From Escherichia coli (GTDB lineage: Bacteria > Pseudomonadota > Gammaproteobacteria > Enterobacterales > Enterobacteriaceae), in the NCBI RefSeq assembly GCF_050320075.1, contig NZ_CP190018.1: a DNA stretch of 64,000 bases; one strand, 5' to 3'. The notes beneath the pieces are model-generated. The model saw only the letters and a program-made list of their open reading frames with translations, was not told the DNA's origin and made no database searches. Positions 23,181 to 33,046 of this stretch are shown piece after piece. Position 1 is the stretch's first letter, and every line of letters begins with the position of its first letter. The translations under genes and the position numbers were made by a program.

Positions 23181-23211
23181 CCCAATTCATTCCTGGAACA
23201 GGAGTTATGTC

Positions 23212-26200
23212 ATGAGTAAACTTTTGGATCGCTTTCGCTACTTCAAACAAAAGGGCGAAACCTTTGCCGATGGTCACGGACAGGTGATGCATAGCAACCG
23301 CGACTGGGAGGACAGCTATCGCCAGCGTTGGCAGTTCGACAAAATCGTGCGTTCCACCCACGGTGTTAACTGTACAGGCTCCTGTAGCTGGAAAATCTAC
23401 GTTAAAAATGGTCTGGTGACCTGGGAAATCCAACAGACCGACTACCCGCGCACTCGCCCTGACCTGCCCAATCATGAACCTCGCGGCTGCCCGCGCGGCG
23501 CAAGTTACTCCTGGTATCTCTACAGCGCTAACCGCCTGAAATACCCTCTCATTCGTAAACGACTGATTGAACTGTGGCGCGAAGCCCTCAAGCAACACAG
23601 CGATCCGGTACTGGCGTGGGCATCGATTATGAACGATCCGCAAAAGTGCCTAAGCTACAAACAAGTACGTGGACGCGGCGGCTTTATCCGCTCCAACTGG
23701 CAGGAGCTAAACCAGCTGATTGCCGCTGCTAACGTCTGGACCATCAAAACTTACGGCCCGGATCGCGTTGCCGGTTTCTCGCCGATCCCGGCGATGTCGA
23801 TGGTTTCTTACGCCGCCGGAACACGTTATCTTTCACTATTAGGTGGCACCTGTTTAAGCTTCTACGACTGGTATTGCGACCTGCCGCCCGCCTCGCCGAT
23901 GACCTGGGGCGAACAAACCGACGTGCCGGAATCTGCCGACTGGTATAACTCCAGTTACATCATCGCCTGGGGGTCTAACGTACCGCAGACACGTACGCCG
24001 GACGCCCATTTCTTTACCGAAGTACGCTACAAAGGCACTAAAACCATCGCCATTACCCCTGACTACTCTGAAGTGGCCAAATTGTGCGACCAGTGGCTGG
24101 CACCGAAACAAGGCACTGATAGTGCCCTGGCAATGGCAATGGGCCATGTCATTTTAAAAGAGTTTCATCTCGATAATCCCAGCGATTATTTTATCAACTA
24201 CTGCCGCCGCTACAGCGACATGCCGATGCTGGTAATGCTGGAACCTCGCGACGACGGCAGCTACGTTCCCGGGCGCATGGTCCGCGCATCTGACCTGGTG
24301 GATGGACTGGGCGAAAGCAACAATCCGCAGTGGAAAACCGTGGCGGTTAATACCGCAGGTGAACTGGTGGTGCCGAACGGTTCGATTGGTTTTCGCTGGG
24401 GAGAAAAAGGCAAATGGAATCTGGAATCCATTGCCGCCGGTACGGAAACCGAATTGTCGTTAACTCTGCTCGGTCAACATGATGCCGTTGCAGGCGTGGC
24501 CTTCCCCTACTTTGGCGGCATTGAAAATCCGCATTTTCGCAGCGTAAAAAACAATCCTGTCCTGGTGCGTCAATTACCCGTTAAAAACCTGACATTAGCC
24601 GATGGCAGCACCTGTCCGGTGGTCAGCGTTTATGATTTGGTACTGGCGAATTACGGCCTCGATCGCGGGCTGGAAGATGAAAACAGCGCGAAAGATTACG
24701 CTGAAATCAAACCGTACACCCCAGCCTGGGGTGAGCAAATTACCGGTGTGCCGCGCCAGTATATTGAAACCATCGCTCGTGAATTTGCCGATACTGCCCA
24801 TAAAACGCATGGGCGCTCGATGATTATCCTCGGCGCAGGTGTTAACCACTGGTACCACATGGACATGCACTACCGTGGGATGATCAACATGCTGATCTTC
24901 TGCGGTTGTGTCGGGCAAAGCGGTGGCGGATGGGCACACTATGTCGGTCAGGAAAAACTGCGCCCACAAACCGGCTGGTTGCCGCTGGCCTTTGCGCTCG
25001 ACTGGAACCGCCCACCGCGCCAGATGAACAGCACCTCGTTTTTCTACAATCATTCCAGCCAATGGCGCTATGAAAAAATCTCTGCTCAGGAGTTACTTTC
25101 ACCGCTCGCCGATGCCAGTAAGTACAGCGGTCATCTGATTGATTTCAACGTTCGTGCCGAACGTATGGGCTGGCTACCTTCTGCGCCGCAGCTGGGGCGT
25201 AACCCGCTCGGGATTAAAGCTGAAGCCGACAAGGCCGGATTATCCCCCACAGAATTTACCGCCCAGGCGCTGAAATCGGGCGATTTACGCATGGCCTGCG
25301 AACAACCAGATAGCGGCAGCAATCATCCGCGTAATTTGTTTGTCTGGCGTTCTAACCTGCTTGGCTCCTCCGGCAAAGGCCACGAGTATATGCAGAAGTA
25401 TCTGCTGGGAACCGAAAGTGGGATTCAGGGTCAGGAACTCGGTGCCAGCGACGGGATCAAACCAGAAGAAGTCGAGTGGCAAACTGCGGCGATTGAAGGC
25501 AAGCTCGACCTGCTGGTGACGCTCGACTTCCGTATGTCCAGTACCTGCCTGTTCTCCGATATCGTTCTGCCCACCGCCACCTGGTACGAAAAAGACGATA
25601 TGAACACCTCGGATATGCATCCGTTTATTCATCCGCTTTCTGCGGCGGTCGATCCGGCGTGGGAATCACGCAGCGACTGGGAAATCTACAAAGGTATTGC
25701 CAAAGCCTTTTCGCAAGTGTGCGTGGGCCATCTTGGCAAAGAAACCGACGTGGTATTACAACCACTGCTGCATGACTCTCCGGCAGAACTCTCACAGCCG
25801 TGTGAAGTGCTCGACTGGCGCAAAGGCGAATGTGATCTGATTCCAGGTAAAACTGCGCCCAATATTGTGGCGGTGGAACGCGACTACCCTGCTACCTATG
25901 AACGCTTTACCTCGCTCGGGCCATTGATGGACAAACTTGGCAACGGCGGTAAAGGGATTTCGTGGAATACCCAGGATGAAATCGATTTCCTCGGCAAACT
26001 CAACTACACCAAGCGTGAAGGCCCGGCACAGGGGCGTCCGCTGATTGACACCGCCATTGACGCATCAGAAGTGATTCTGGCTCTGGCACCGGAAACCAAC
26101 GGTCATGTTGCAGTCAAAGCGTGGCAGGCGCTGGGCGAGATCACCGGACGCGAACATACCCATCTGGCGCTGCACAAAGAGGACGAGAAGATTCGCTTTC

Positions 26201-26952
26201 GCGATATTCAGGCGCAGCCACGTAAAATTATCTCCAGCCCCACATGGTCTGGTCTGGAAAGCGATCACGTCTCCTATAACGCGGGATACACCAACGTTCA
26301 TGAGTTAATTCCGTGGCGCACGCTGTCGGGACGCCAGCAACTCTATCAGGATCATCCGTGGATGCGTGCTTTTGGTGAAAGCCTGGTGGCTTATCGCCCG
26401 CCTATCGACACCCGTAGCGTCAGTGAGATGCGCCAGATCCCGCCAAACGGCTTCCCGGAAAAAGCACTTAACTTCCTGACGCCGCACCAGAAATGGGGCA
26501 TTCACTCAACCTACAGTGAAAACCTGCTAATGCTGACGCTCTCTCGCGGTGGACCGATTGTCTGGATCAGCGAAACCGATGCCCGAGAACTGACCATTGT
26601 CGATAACGACTGGGTGGAAGTATTTAACGCCAACGGCGCGCTGACGGCCCGCGCGGTGGTCAGCCAACGTGTACCGCCGGGCATGACCATGATGTATCAC
26701 GCCCAGGAACGCATTATGAATATTCCTGGTTCGGAAGTAACTGGCATGCGCGGCGGCATTCATAACTCGGTCACCCGCGTTTGCCCGAAACCAACGCATA
26801 TGATTGGCGGTTACGCGCAGCTGGCCTGGGGCTTTAACTACTACGGTACCGTCGGCTCGAACCGTGACGAGTTCATCATGATCCGCAAGATGAAGAACGT
26901 TAACTGGCTGGATGATGAAGGTCGCGATCAGGTACAGGAGGCGAAAAAATGA
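23212..26952 (+). CDS. narZ: Respiratory nitrate reductase 2 alpha subunit
   Basis: 1246-aa product from MSKLLDRFRYFKQKGETFADGHGQ; the ORF-track start at 23089 is an extension overlapping narU. Confidence 0.95.
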   Translation: MSKLLDRFRYFKQKGETFADGHGQVMHSNRDWEDSYRQRWQFDKIVRSTHGVNCTGSCSWKIYVKNGLVTWEIQQTDYPRTRPDLPNHEPRGCPRGASYSWYLYSANRLKYPLIRKRLIELWREALKQHSDPVLAWASIMNDPQKCLSYKQVRGRGGFIRSNWQELNQLIAAANVWTIKTYGPDRVAGFSPIPAMSMVSYAAGTRYLSLLGGTCLSFYDWYCDLPPASPMTWGEQTDVPESADWYNSSYIIAWGSNVPQTRTPDAHFFTEVRYKGTKTIAITPDYSEVAKLCDQWLAPKQGTDSALAMAMGHVILKEFHLDNPSDYFINYCRRYSDMPMLVMLEPRDDGSYVPGRMVRASDLVDGLGESNNPQWKTVAVNTAGELVVPNGSIGFRWGEKGKWNLESIAAGTETELSLTLLGQHDAVAGVAFPYFGGIENPHFRSVKNNPVLVRQLPVKNLTLADGSTCPVVSVYDLVLANYGLDRGLEDENSAKDYAEIKPYTPAWGEQITGVPRQYIETIAREFADTAHKTHGRSMIILGAGVNHWYHMDMHYRGMINMLIFCGCVGQSGGGWAHYVGQEKLRPQTGWLPLAFALDWNRPPRQMNSTSFFYNHSSQWRYEKISAQELLSPLADASKYSGHLIDFNVRAERMGWLPSAPQLGRNPLGIKAEADKAGLSPTEFTAQALKSGDLRMACEQPDSGSNHPRNLFVWRSNLLGSSGKGHEYMQKYLLGTESGIQGQELGASDGIKPEEVEWQTAAIEGKLDLLVTLDFRMSSTCLFSDIVLPTATWYEKDDMNTSDMHPFIHPLSAAVDPAWESRSDWEIYKGIAKAFSQVCVGHLGKETDVVLQPLLHDSPAELSQPCEVLDWRKGECDLIPGKTAPNIVAVERDYPATYERFTSLGPLMDKLGNGGKGISWNTQDEIDFLGKLNYTKREGPAQGRPLIDTAIDASEVILALAPETNGHVAVKAWQALGEITGREHTHLALHKEDEKIRFRDIQAQPRKIISSPTWSGLESDHVSYNAGYTNVHELIPWRTLSGRQQLYQDHPWMRAFGESLVAYRPPIDTRSVSEMRQIPPNGFPEKALNFLTPHQKWGIHSTYSENLLMLTLSRGGPIVWISETDARELTIVDNDWVEVFNANGALTARAVVSQRVPPGMTMMYHAQERIMNIPGSEVTGMRGGIHNSVTRVCPKPTHMIGGYAQLAWGFNYYGTVGSNRDEFIMIRKMKNVNWLDDEGRDQVQEAKK

Positions 26953-28493
26953 AAATACGTTCGCAAGTCGGCATGGTGCTTAATCTCGATAAATGTATCG
27001 GCTGCCATACCTGTTCGGTGACCTGTAAAAACGTCTGGACCGGTCGCGAAGGCATGGAGTACGCATGGTTTAACAACGTCGAAACCAAACCGGGCATTGG
27101 TTATCCGAAAAACTGGGAAGATCAGGAAGAGTGGCAAGGCGGCTGGGTGCGTGATGTGAATGGCAAGATCCGCCCGCGTCTGGGCAGCAAGATGGGCGTA
27201 ATAACCAAAATCTTCGCCAACCCGGTGGTGCCGCAGATTGATGATTACTACGAACCTTTCACCTTCGACTACGAACATTTGCATAGCGCACCGGAAGGCA
27301 AACATATCCCTACTGCTCGCCCGCGTTCACTGATTGACGGCAAACGGATGGACAAAGTGATCTGGGGGCCAAACTGGGAAGAATTGTTGGGCGGCGAATT
27401 CGAAAAACGCGCCCATGACCGCAACTTCGAGGCCATGCAAAAGGAGATGTACGGGCAGTTTGAAAACACCTTCATGATGTACCTGCCGCGCTTGTGCGAA
27501 CACTGCCTCAATCCCAGTTGCGTGGCGACCTGCCCAAGCGGCGCTATCTACAAACGCGAAGAAGACGGCATTGTGCTGATCGATCAGGATAAATGCCGTG
27601 GCTGGCGTTTGTGCATTAGCGGTTGTCCGTACAAAAAAATCTACTTCAACTGGAAAAGCGGCAAGTCAGAAAAATGTATCTTCTGTTACCCACGAATTGA
27701 GTCAGGCCAACCCACCGTGTGCTCAGAAACCTGCGTGGGTCGCATCCGGTATCTGGGCGTGCTGCTTTACGACGCCGACCGCATCGAGGAAGCGGCGAGC
27801 ACCGAGCGCGAAGTTGACCTCTATGAACGCCAGTGCGAAGTGTTCCTCGATCCGCACGATCCCTCAGTGATCGAAGAAGCCCTGAAACAAGGTATTCCAC
27901 AAAATGTGATTGACGCTGCCCAGCGTTCGCCAGTCTACAAAATGGCGATGGACTGGAAACTGGCGTTACCGCTGCACCCTGAATACCGCACCCTGCCGAT
28001 GGTCTGGTACGTTCCTCCGCTGTCACCGATTCAGTCCTACGCAGATGCGGGCGGTTTGCCGAAAAGCGAAGGCGTGCTGCCCGCCATCGAAAGCCTGCGT
28101 ATTCCGGTGCAATATCTCGCCAATATGTTGAGTGCCGGCGATACCGGTCCGGTACTGCGGGCGCTGAAACGGATGATGGCGATGCGCCACTATATGCGTT
28201 CACAAACCGTGGAAGGCGTTACTGATACTCGTGCCATCGACGAAGTAGGCCTGAGCGTCGCCCAGGTCGAAGAAATGTATCGCTATCTCGCCATTGCCAA
28301 CTATGAAGATCGTTTTGTTATCCCGACCAGCCATCGGGAAATGGCGGGCGATGCCTTCGCAGAACGCAATGGCTGCGGTTTTACCTTTGGCGACGGTTGC
28401 CACGGTTCGGACAGTAAATTCAACCTGTTCAACAGTAGCCGTATCGATGCCATCAACATCACCGAAGTGCGCGACAAAGCGGAGGGCGAATAA
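26949..28493 (+). CDS. narY: Respiratory nitrate reductase 2 beta subunit
   Basis: 514-aa Fe-S subunit, start overlaps the narZ stop. Confidence 0.95.
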   Translation: MKIRSQVGMVLNLDKCIGCHTCSVTCKNVWTGREGMEYAWFNNVETKPGIGYPKNWEDQEEWQGGWVRDVNGKIRPRLGSKMGVITKIFANPVVPQIDDYYEPFTFDYEHLHSAPEGKHIPTARPRSLIDGKRMDKVIWGPNWEELLGGEFEKRAHDRNFEAMQKEMYGQFENTFMMYLPRLCEHCLNPSCVATCPSGAIYKREEDGIVLIDQDKCRGWRLCISGCPYKKIYFNWKSGKSEKCIFCYPRIESGQPTVCSETCVGRIRYLGVLLYDADRIEEAASTEREVDLYERQCEVFLDPHDPSVIEEALKQGIPQNVIDAAQRSPVYKMAMDWKLALPLHPEYRTLPMVWYVPPLSPIQSYADAGGLPKSEGVLPAIESLRIPVQYLANMLSAGDTGPVLRALKRMMAMRHYMRSQTVEGVTDTRAIDEVGLSVAQVEEMYRYLAIANYEDRFVIPTSHREMAGDAFAERNGCGFTFGDGCHGSDSKFNLFNSSRIDAINITEVRDKAEGE

Positions 28494-29188
28494 TGCAGAT
28501 CCTCAAAGTGATCGGCCTGCTGATGGAGTATCCAGACGAGCTGTTGTGGGAATGTAAGGAGGACGCGCTGGCGTTGATCCGCCGCGACGCACCGATGCTT
28601 ACGGATTTTACCCGCAACCTGCTTAACGCGCCGCTGCTGGATAAACAGGCCGAATGGTGCGAAGTGTTTGACCGTGGACGTACCACATCGCTGCTGCTGT
28701 TCGAACATGTTCATGCCGAGTCCCGCGATCGCGGCCAGGCAATGGTGGACCTGCTGGCGGAGTATGAAAAGGTCGGCCTGCAGTTGGATTGTCGAGAACT
28801 GCCCGATTATCTACCGCTGTATCTGGAGTACTTAAGCGTACTGCCGGACGATCAGGCGAAAGAAGGCTTGCTCAACGTTGCGCCGATCCTCGCCCTGCTT
28901 GGCGGACGCTTAAAACAACGCGAGGCATCGTGGTACGCGTTATTTGACACCCTGTTGCAACTGGCAGGAAGTACACTTTCAAGTGACAGTGTCACAAAAC
29001 AGGTGAACAGTGAGGAGCGCGATGACACCCGCCAGGCACTGGATGCGGTGTGGGAAGAGGAACAGGTGAAGTTTATTGAAGATAACGCCACGGCGTGTGA
29101 CAGCTCGCCGCTTAATCAATATCAGCGACGCTTTAGCCAGGATGTCGCGCCGCAGTATGTCGACATCAGTGCGGGAGGTGGGAAATGA
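28493..29188 (+). CDS. narW: Nitrate reductase 2 assembly chaperone (NarJ-like)
   Basis: 231-aa product in the expected position between the beta and gamma subunits. Confidence 0.9.
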   Translation: MQILKVIGLLMEYPDELLWECKEDALALIRRDAPMLTDFTRNLLNAPLLDKQAEWCEVFDRGRTTSLLLFEHVHAESRDRGQAMVDLLAEYEKVGLQLDCRELPDYLPLYLEYLSVLPDDQAKEGLLNVAPILALLGGRLKQREASWYALFDTLLQLAGSTLSSDSVTKQVNSEERDDTRQALDAVWEEEQVKFIEDNATACDSSPLNQYQRRFSQDVAPQYVDISAGGGK

Positions 29189-29865
29189 TTCAGTATCTGA
29201 ACGTCTTTTTTTACGATATCTACCCGTACATTTGTGCGACGGTGTTTTTCCTCGGCAGCTGGCTGCGCTACGACTACGGGCAGTATACCTGGCGCGCCTC
29301 CTCGAGTCAGATGCTCGATAAACGCGGGATGGTGATATGGTCGAATCTGTTCCATATCGGCATTTTGGGGATTTTCTTCGGGCACCTGTTCGGCATGTTA
29401 ACGCCGCACTGGATGTACGCGTGGTTTCTGCCGGTGGCGGTAAAACAGCAGATGGCGATGGTGCTCGGTGGTATTTGCGGTGTATTGACGCTGATTGGCG
29501 GCGCAGGACTGCTGTGGCGCAGGCTGACAAATCAGCGCGTGCGTGCCACTTCCACTACGCCGGATATTATCATCATGATCATTTTGCTGATTCAGTGTCT
29601 GCTGGGGCTAAGTACCATACCGTTTTCAGCACAGTATCCTGATGGTAGCGAAATGATGAAGCTGGTGGGTTGGGCGCAAAGCATTGTCACTTTCCGTGGT
29701 GGATCGTCAGAAATGCTTAACGGCGTAGCGTTCGTTTTCCGCCTGCATCTGGTGTTGGGAATGACCATCTTCCTGCTCTTCCCGTTCACCCGACTGGTGC
29801 ATGTGTGGAGCGCGCCGTTTGAGTACTTTACTCGTCGGTATCAGATTGTGCGCTCGCGGCGATAA
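29185..29865 (+). CDS. narV: Respiratory nitrate reductase 2 gamma subunit (cytochrome b)
   Basis: 226-aa polytopic membrane protein, overlapping narW. Confidence 0.9.
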   Translation: MIQYLNVFFYDIYPYICATVFFLGSWLRYDYGQYTWRASSSQMLDKRGMVIWSNLFHIGILGIFFGHLFGMLTPHWMYAWFLPVAVKQQMAMVLGGICGVLTLIGGAGLLWRRLTNQRVRATSTTPDIIIMIILLIQCLLGLSTIPFSAQYPDGSEMMKLVGWAQSIVTFRGGSSEMLNGVAFVFRLHLVLGMTIFLLFPFTRLVHVWSAPFEYFTRRYQIVRSRR

Positions 29866-29943
29866 TTTCACCCTGGCCGGATAGCCCTTCGCTCTCCGGC
29901 CACTTGCAGGCTATGATAGTTCTCCAGCCACAGGAGAACGTTA

Positions 29944-30837
29944 ATGAAACCGCAGGTGTACCACGTCGATGCTTTTACCTCACAACCGTTTCGCGGCAAT
30001 TCTGCCGGTGTTGTTTTCCCCGCCGATAATCTCAGTGAAGCGCAAATGCAGCTTATCGCCCGCGAATTAGGTCATTCGGAAACTGCTTTTCTGCTGCACA
30101 GCGACGACAGCGATGTACGCATCCGCTACTTTACGCCAACGGTTGAAGTGCCGATTTGCGGTCACGCGACAGTAGCTGCGCACTATGTACGTGCGAAGGT
30201 GTTAGGTTTAGGAAATTGCACGATCTGGCAAACGTCACTGGCAGGAAAACATCGCGTGACTATCGAAAAGCACAACGATGATTATCGTATTTCGCTGGAA
30301 CAAGGTCCGCCGGGCTTTGAACCGCCGCTGGAAGGTGAAACACGTGCGGCGATTATCAACGCGCTTCATCTCACTGAAGACGATATTCTGCCAGGCTTGC
30401 CAATTCAGGTGGCAACCACAGGACACTCAAAAGTGATGATCCCACTGAAACCGGAAGTGGATATCGACGCCCTTTCGCCTGACCTTAATGCGCTGACCGC
30501 TATCAGCAAACAGATTGGCTGCAATGGTTTCTTCCCGTTCCAGATCCGCCCAGGCAAAAACGAAACCGACGGTCGTATGTTCTCGCCTGCCATTGGTATT
30601 GTGGAAGATCCGGTGACCGGCAATGCCAATGGCCCGATGGGTGCATGGTTGGTACATCACAACGTATTGCCCCACGATGGCAACGTGTTGCATGTTAAAG
30701 GCCATCAGGGGCGCGCATTAGGGCGTGACGGCGTGATTGAAGTGACGGTGACAATTCGCGATAACCAACCGGAGAAAGTCACCATTTCTGGCACAGCGGT
30801 GATTTTGTTTCATGCCGAATGGGCAATTGAATTCTGA
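29944..30837 (+). CDS. yddE: PhzF-family isomerase-like protein
   Basis: 297-aa product MKPQVYHVDAFTSQPFRGNSAGVVF typical of the PhzF/DapF fold. Confidence 0.85.
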   Translation: MKPQVYHVDAFTSQPFRGNSAGVVFPADNLSEAQMQLIARELGHSETAFLLHSDDSDVRIRYFTPTVEVPICGHATVAAHYVRAKVLGLGNCTIWQTSLAGKHRVTIEKHNDDYRISLEQGPPGFEPPLEGETRAAIINALHLTEDDILPGLPIQVATTGHSKVMIPLKPEVDIDALSPDLNALTAISKQIGCNGFFPFQIRPGKNETDGRMFSPAIGIVEDPVTGNANGPMGAWLVHHNVLPHDGNVLHVKGHQGRALGRDGVIEVTVTIRDNQPEKVTISGTAVILFHAEWAIEF

Positions 30838-30841
30838 AACC

Positions 30842-30915
30842 GTTGCCTGATGCGCTTCGCTTATCAGGTCTATGTATGCCGGATAAGGCGTTTACGCCGC
30901 ATCCGGCAACCTGAC
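30842..30915. repeat. BIME (two inverted REP units) between yddE and nhoA
   Basis: gcctgatgcgcttcgcttatcaggtctat ... gccggataaggcgtttacgccgcatccggc. Confidence 0.7.
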
Positions 30916-30920
30916 ATAAA

Positions 30921-31766
30921 TTATTTTCCCGCCTCCGGGTGCGTATCAAACGCAGCCATCACCAGCGCTAACTCATCCACAGTAAAGCCATGTTTCACAT
31001 CATCCACGCCCAGACCAAACTGTTCCTGCATCACGGCATATAACGACGCCACATCTGGTAGATTTCGCTGCTCCACCGTGTGCCCATTTTCATAATGGGT
31101 AAAATGAAAATTGGTCAGTGTCAGCTTGCCGCCGTCCGGCAAATGGCGGCACATCAGCAAATGATGGCGAAAATGCGACTGCGGCCAGTGCGCAGACCAG
31201 AAATTGCCCATTACATAATCGCTTTGTTGCTGCTCGCAGAGATCAAAACGGTACATCGACTGCCAGTGCTGATGATGATTAAATTGCAACACCCAATCAT
31301 CACCCTCCTGCAACAACCGATACTCTCCGTGTGGCGTGGTCTGCACGAGCTCGGGAACTAATCGAATCGGCGCGGTTAGCGTCTGTCCACCGAAACCGAC
31401 ATCAGCAATCCATTTTTCCCCTTCCACTTCCACCAACAACAAACGATGGGTGCGCGGCGGTAATGCTGGCGGATTTGATAACACTACGCGCCCTAACAAG
31501 CTGCGAACGTTAAACCCCAGCTCGCGTAACACCCGCTCAAACACGCCATTCTGCTCAAAACAGTAACCACCACGACGGGCTGTCACCAGTTTCTCTTCCA
31601 GCGATTGATCATCAAGCTGTATTTCCCTCGGCAGCAAAACGTCGAGGTTTTCAAACGGAATGGTGCAATTGTGTTTCAGGTGCAATGCACGCAGCGTATC
31701 TATATTGACCGCAGCAGCTCCCAACCAGTTAATACGGGCAAAATAGTGATTCAGAATGGGCGTCAT
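30921..31766 (-). CDS. nhoA: Arylamine N-acetyltransferase (N-hydroxyarylamine O-acetyltransferase)
   Basis: 281-aa product with the NAT family GGYCFEQN catalytic cysteine motif. Confidence 0.9.
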   Translation of the reverse strand: MTPILNHYFARINWLGAAAVNIDTLRALHLKHNCTIPFENLDVLLPREIQLDDQSLEEKLVTARRGGYCFEQNGVFERVLRELGFNVRSLLGRVVLSNPPALPPRTHRLLLVEVEGEKWIADVGFGGQTLTAPIRLVPELVQTTPHGEYRLLQEGDDWVLQFNHHQHWQSMYRFDLCEQQQSDYVMGNFWSAHWPQSHFRHHLLMCRHLPDGGKLTLTNFHFTHYENGHTVEQRNLPDVASLYAVMQEQFGLGVDDVKHGFTVDELALVMAAFDTHPEAGK

Positions 31767-31940
31767 CAGGCGTTTCCCTTAGTGGTTTTCTCAACTTATA
31801 ACCTGGAATAGACGCTGCACCGGCTATTTTGTGCGATCGCGGACATGCATCACGTTCGCAAATCGCCAATCCCGTTAATTTCGTTACTTATTGCGTTACG
31901 AGCTACGCTTTTAAAACACCCTTCATAGCGAGGCGATACC

Positions 31941-32510
31941 GTGAGCCGATTCATCCCTGTCGAATTACACCATGCCAGCCGTCTGTTAAATCATGGCCCA
32001 ACTGTCTTGATCACCAGTTTCGATGAGCAATCCCAGCGGCGTAACATTATGGCAGCCGCCTGGTCAATGCCGGTGGAGTTTGAACCGCCACGCGTGGCGA
32101 TTGTGGTAGATAAATCGACATGGACCAGGGAGTTGATTGAACGTAATGGTAAGTTTGGCATCGTTATCCCGGGTGTTGCAGCAACTAACTGGACGTGGGC
32201 GGTGGGAAGTGTGTCGGGGCGTGATGAAGATAAGTTTAATTGCTATGGTATTCCGGTTGTGAAAGGTCCGGTGCTTGGTTTGCCGCTGGTCGAGGAAAAA
32301 TGTCTGGCGTGGATGGAGTGTCGCCTGCTACCTGCAACTTCCGCGCAAGAAAAATACGATACGCTATTTGGCGAAGTGGTATCTGCAGCGGCAGACGCAC
32401 GAGTATTTGTCGAAGGCCGCTGGCAGTTTGATGATGACAAACTCAATACGTTGCATCATTTAGGTGCTGGCACGTTTGTTACCAGCGGCAAGCGTGTTAC
32501 GGCAGGTTAA
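31941..32510 (+). CDS. yddH: Flavin reductase-like protein
   Basis: 189-aa ORF; synteny with nhoA and pptA. Confidence 0.8.
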   Translation: MSRFIPVELHHASRLLNHGPTVLITSFDEQSQRRNIMAAAWSMPVEFEPPRVAIVVDKSTWTRELIERNGKFGIVIPGVAATNWTWAVGSVSGRDEDKFNCYGIPVVKGPVLGLPLVEEKCLAWMECRLLPATSAQEKYDTLFGEVVSAAADARVFVEGRWQFDDDKLNTLHHLGAGTFVTSGKRVTAG

Positions 32511-32513
32511 GCA

Positions 32514-32741
32514 TTACATGCTGTAACCGGGTTTCTTTATCAAAGCCTCCATTTGGGGCGCGATTTCGGCATCCCAGATAGCTTGCCAAGATTCTGGTTG
32601 AATCTGCTGTAGAGAAATGCTTATCGAGCTATCTTTACTGTTCAGATGGCGAATAATAACGTCGGTAATATCTGCAGCAAGTGCTGCTTTTTGTTGTTCG
32701 TCCAGTTCACGCGGAAAACATTTAATGTCTATGTGCGGCAT
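32514..32741 (-). CDS. pptA: Tautomerase PptA (4-oxalocrotonate tautomerase family)
   Basis: Product begins [29 protein letters not shown] (catalytic Pro after the initiator Met); the ORF-track start at 32780 is an extension. Confidence 0.85.
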   Translation of the reverse strand: MPHIDIKCFPRELDEQQKAALAADITDVIIRHLNSKDSSISISLQQIQPESWQAIWDAEIAPQMEALIKKPGYSM

Positions 32742-33046
32742 GATTGTGCTCCTTTTGAAAGATGTCAGTAAAATTAACACACGTTGTGAATGTCGTGTGT
32801 CCGGTAATGCGTTTTTACGGCAATAATGCCTACTTGAAATTGTACATATTTGTACTACACACTTTTAAATAAAGCGCCAATGAAAACGTTAACTTGCAGA
32901 ATATATTCTTCGCCAACATGCCATTAAGAAAACATCAATTTCCCGGCTTGCCAATTTGTTAACGCCCATTATAGTTATTCTTGCCCTCACTAAAAATTTT
33001 CATCCGTAATTACCCCCAATAAAAATCCATTCTGGAGACGCTTAAG

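Noticed and set aside
23089-23211. N-terminal extension of narZ overlapping the end of narU
   Set aside because: The conserved nitrate reductase alpha N-terminus begins at MSKLLDRFRYFKQKGE (23212); the extension overlaps narU and a REP element
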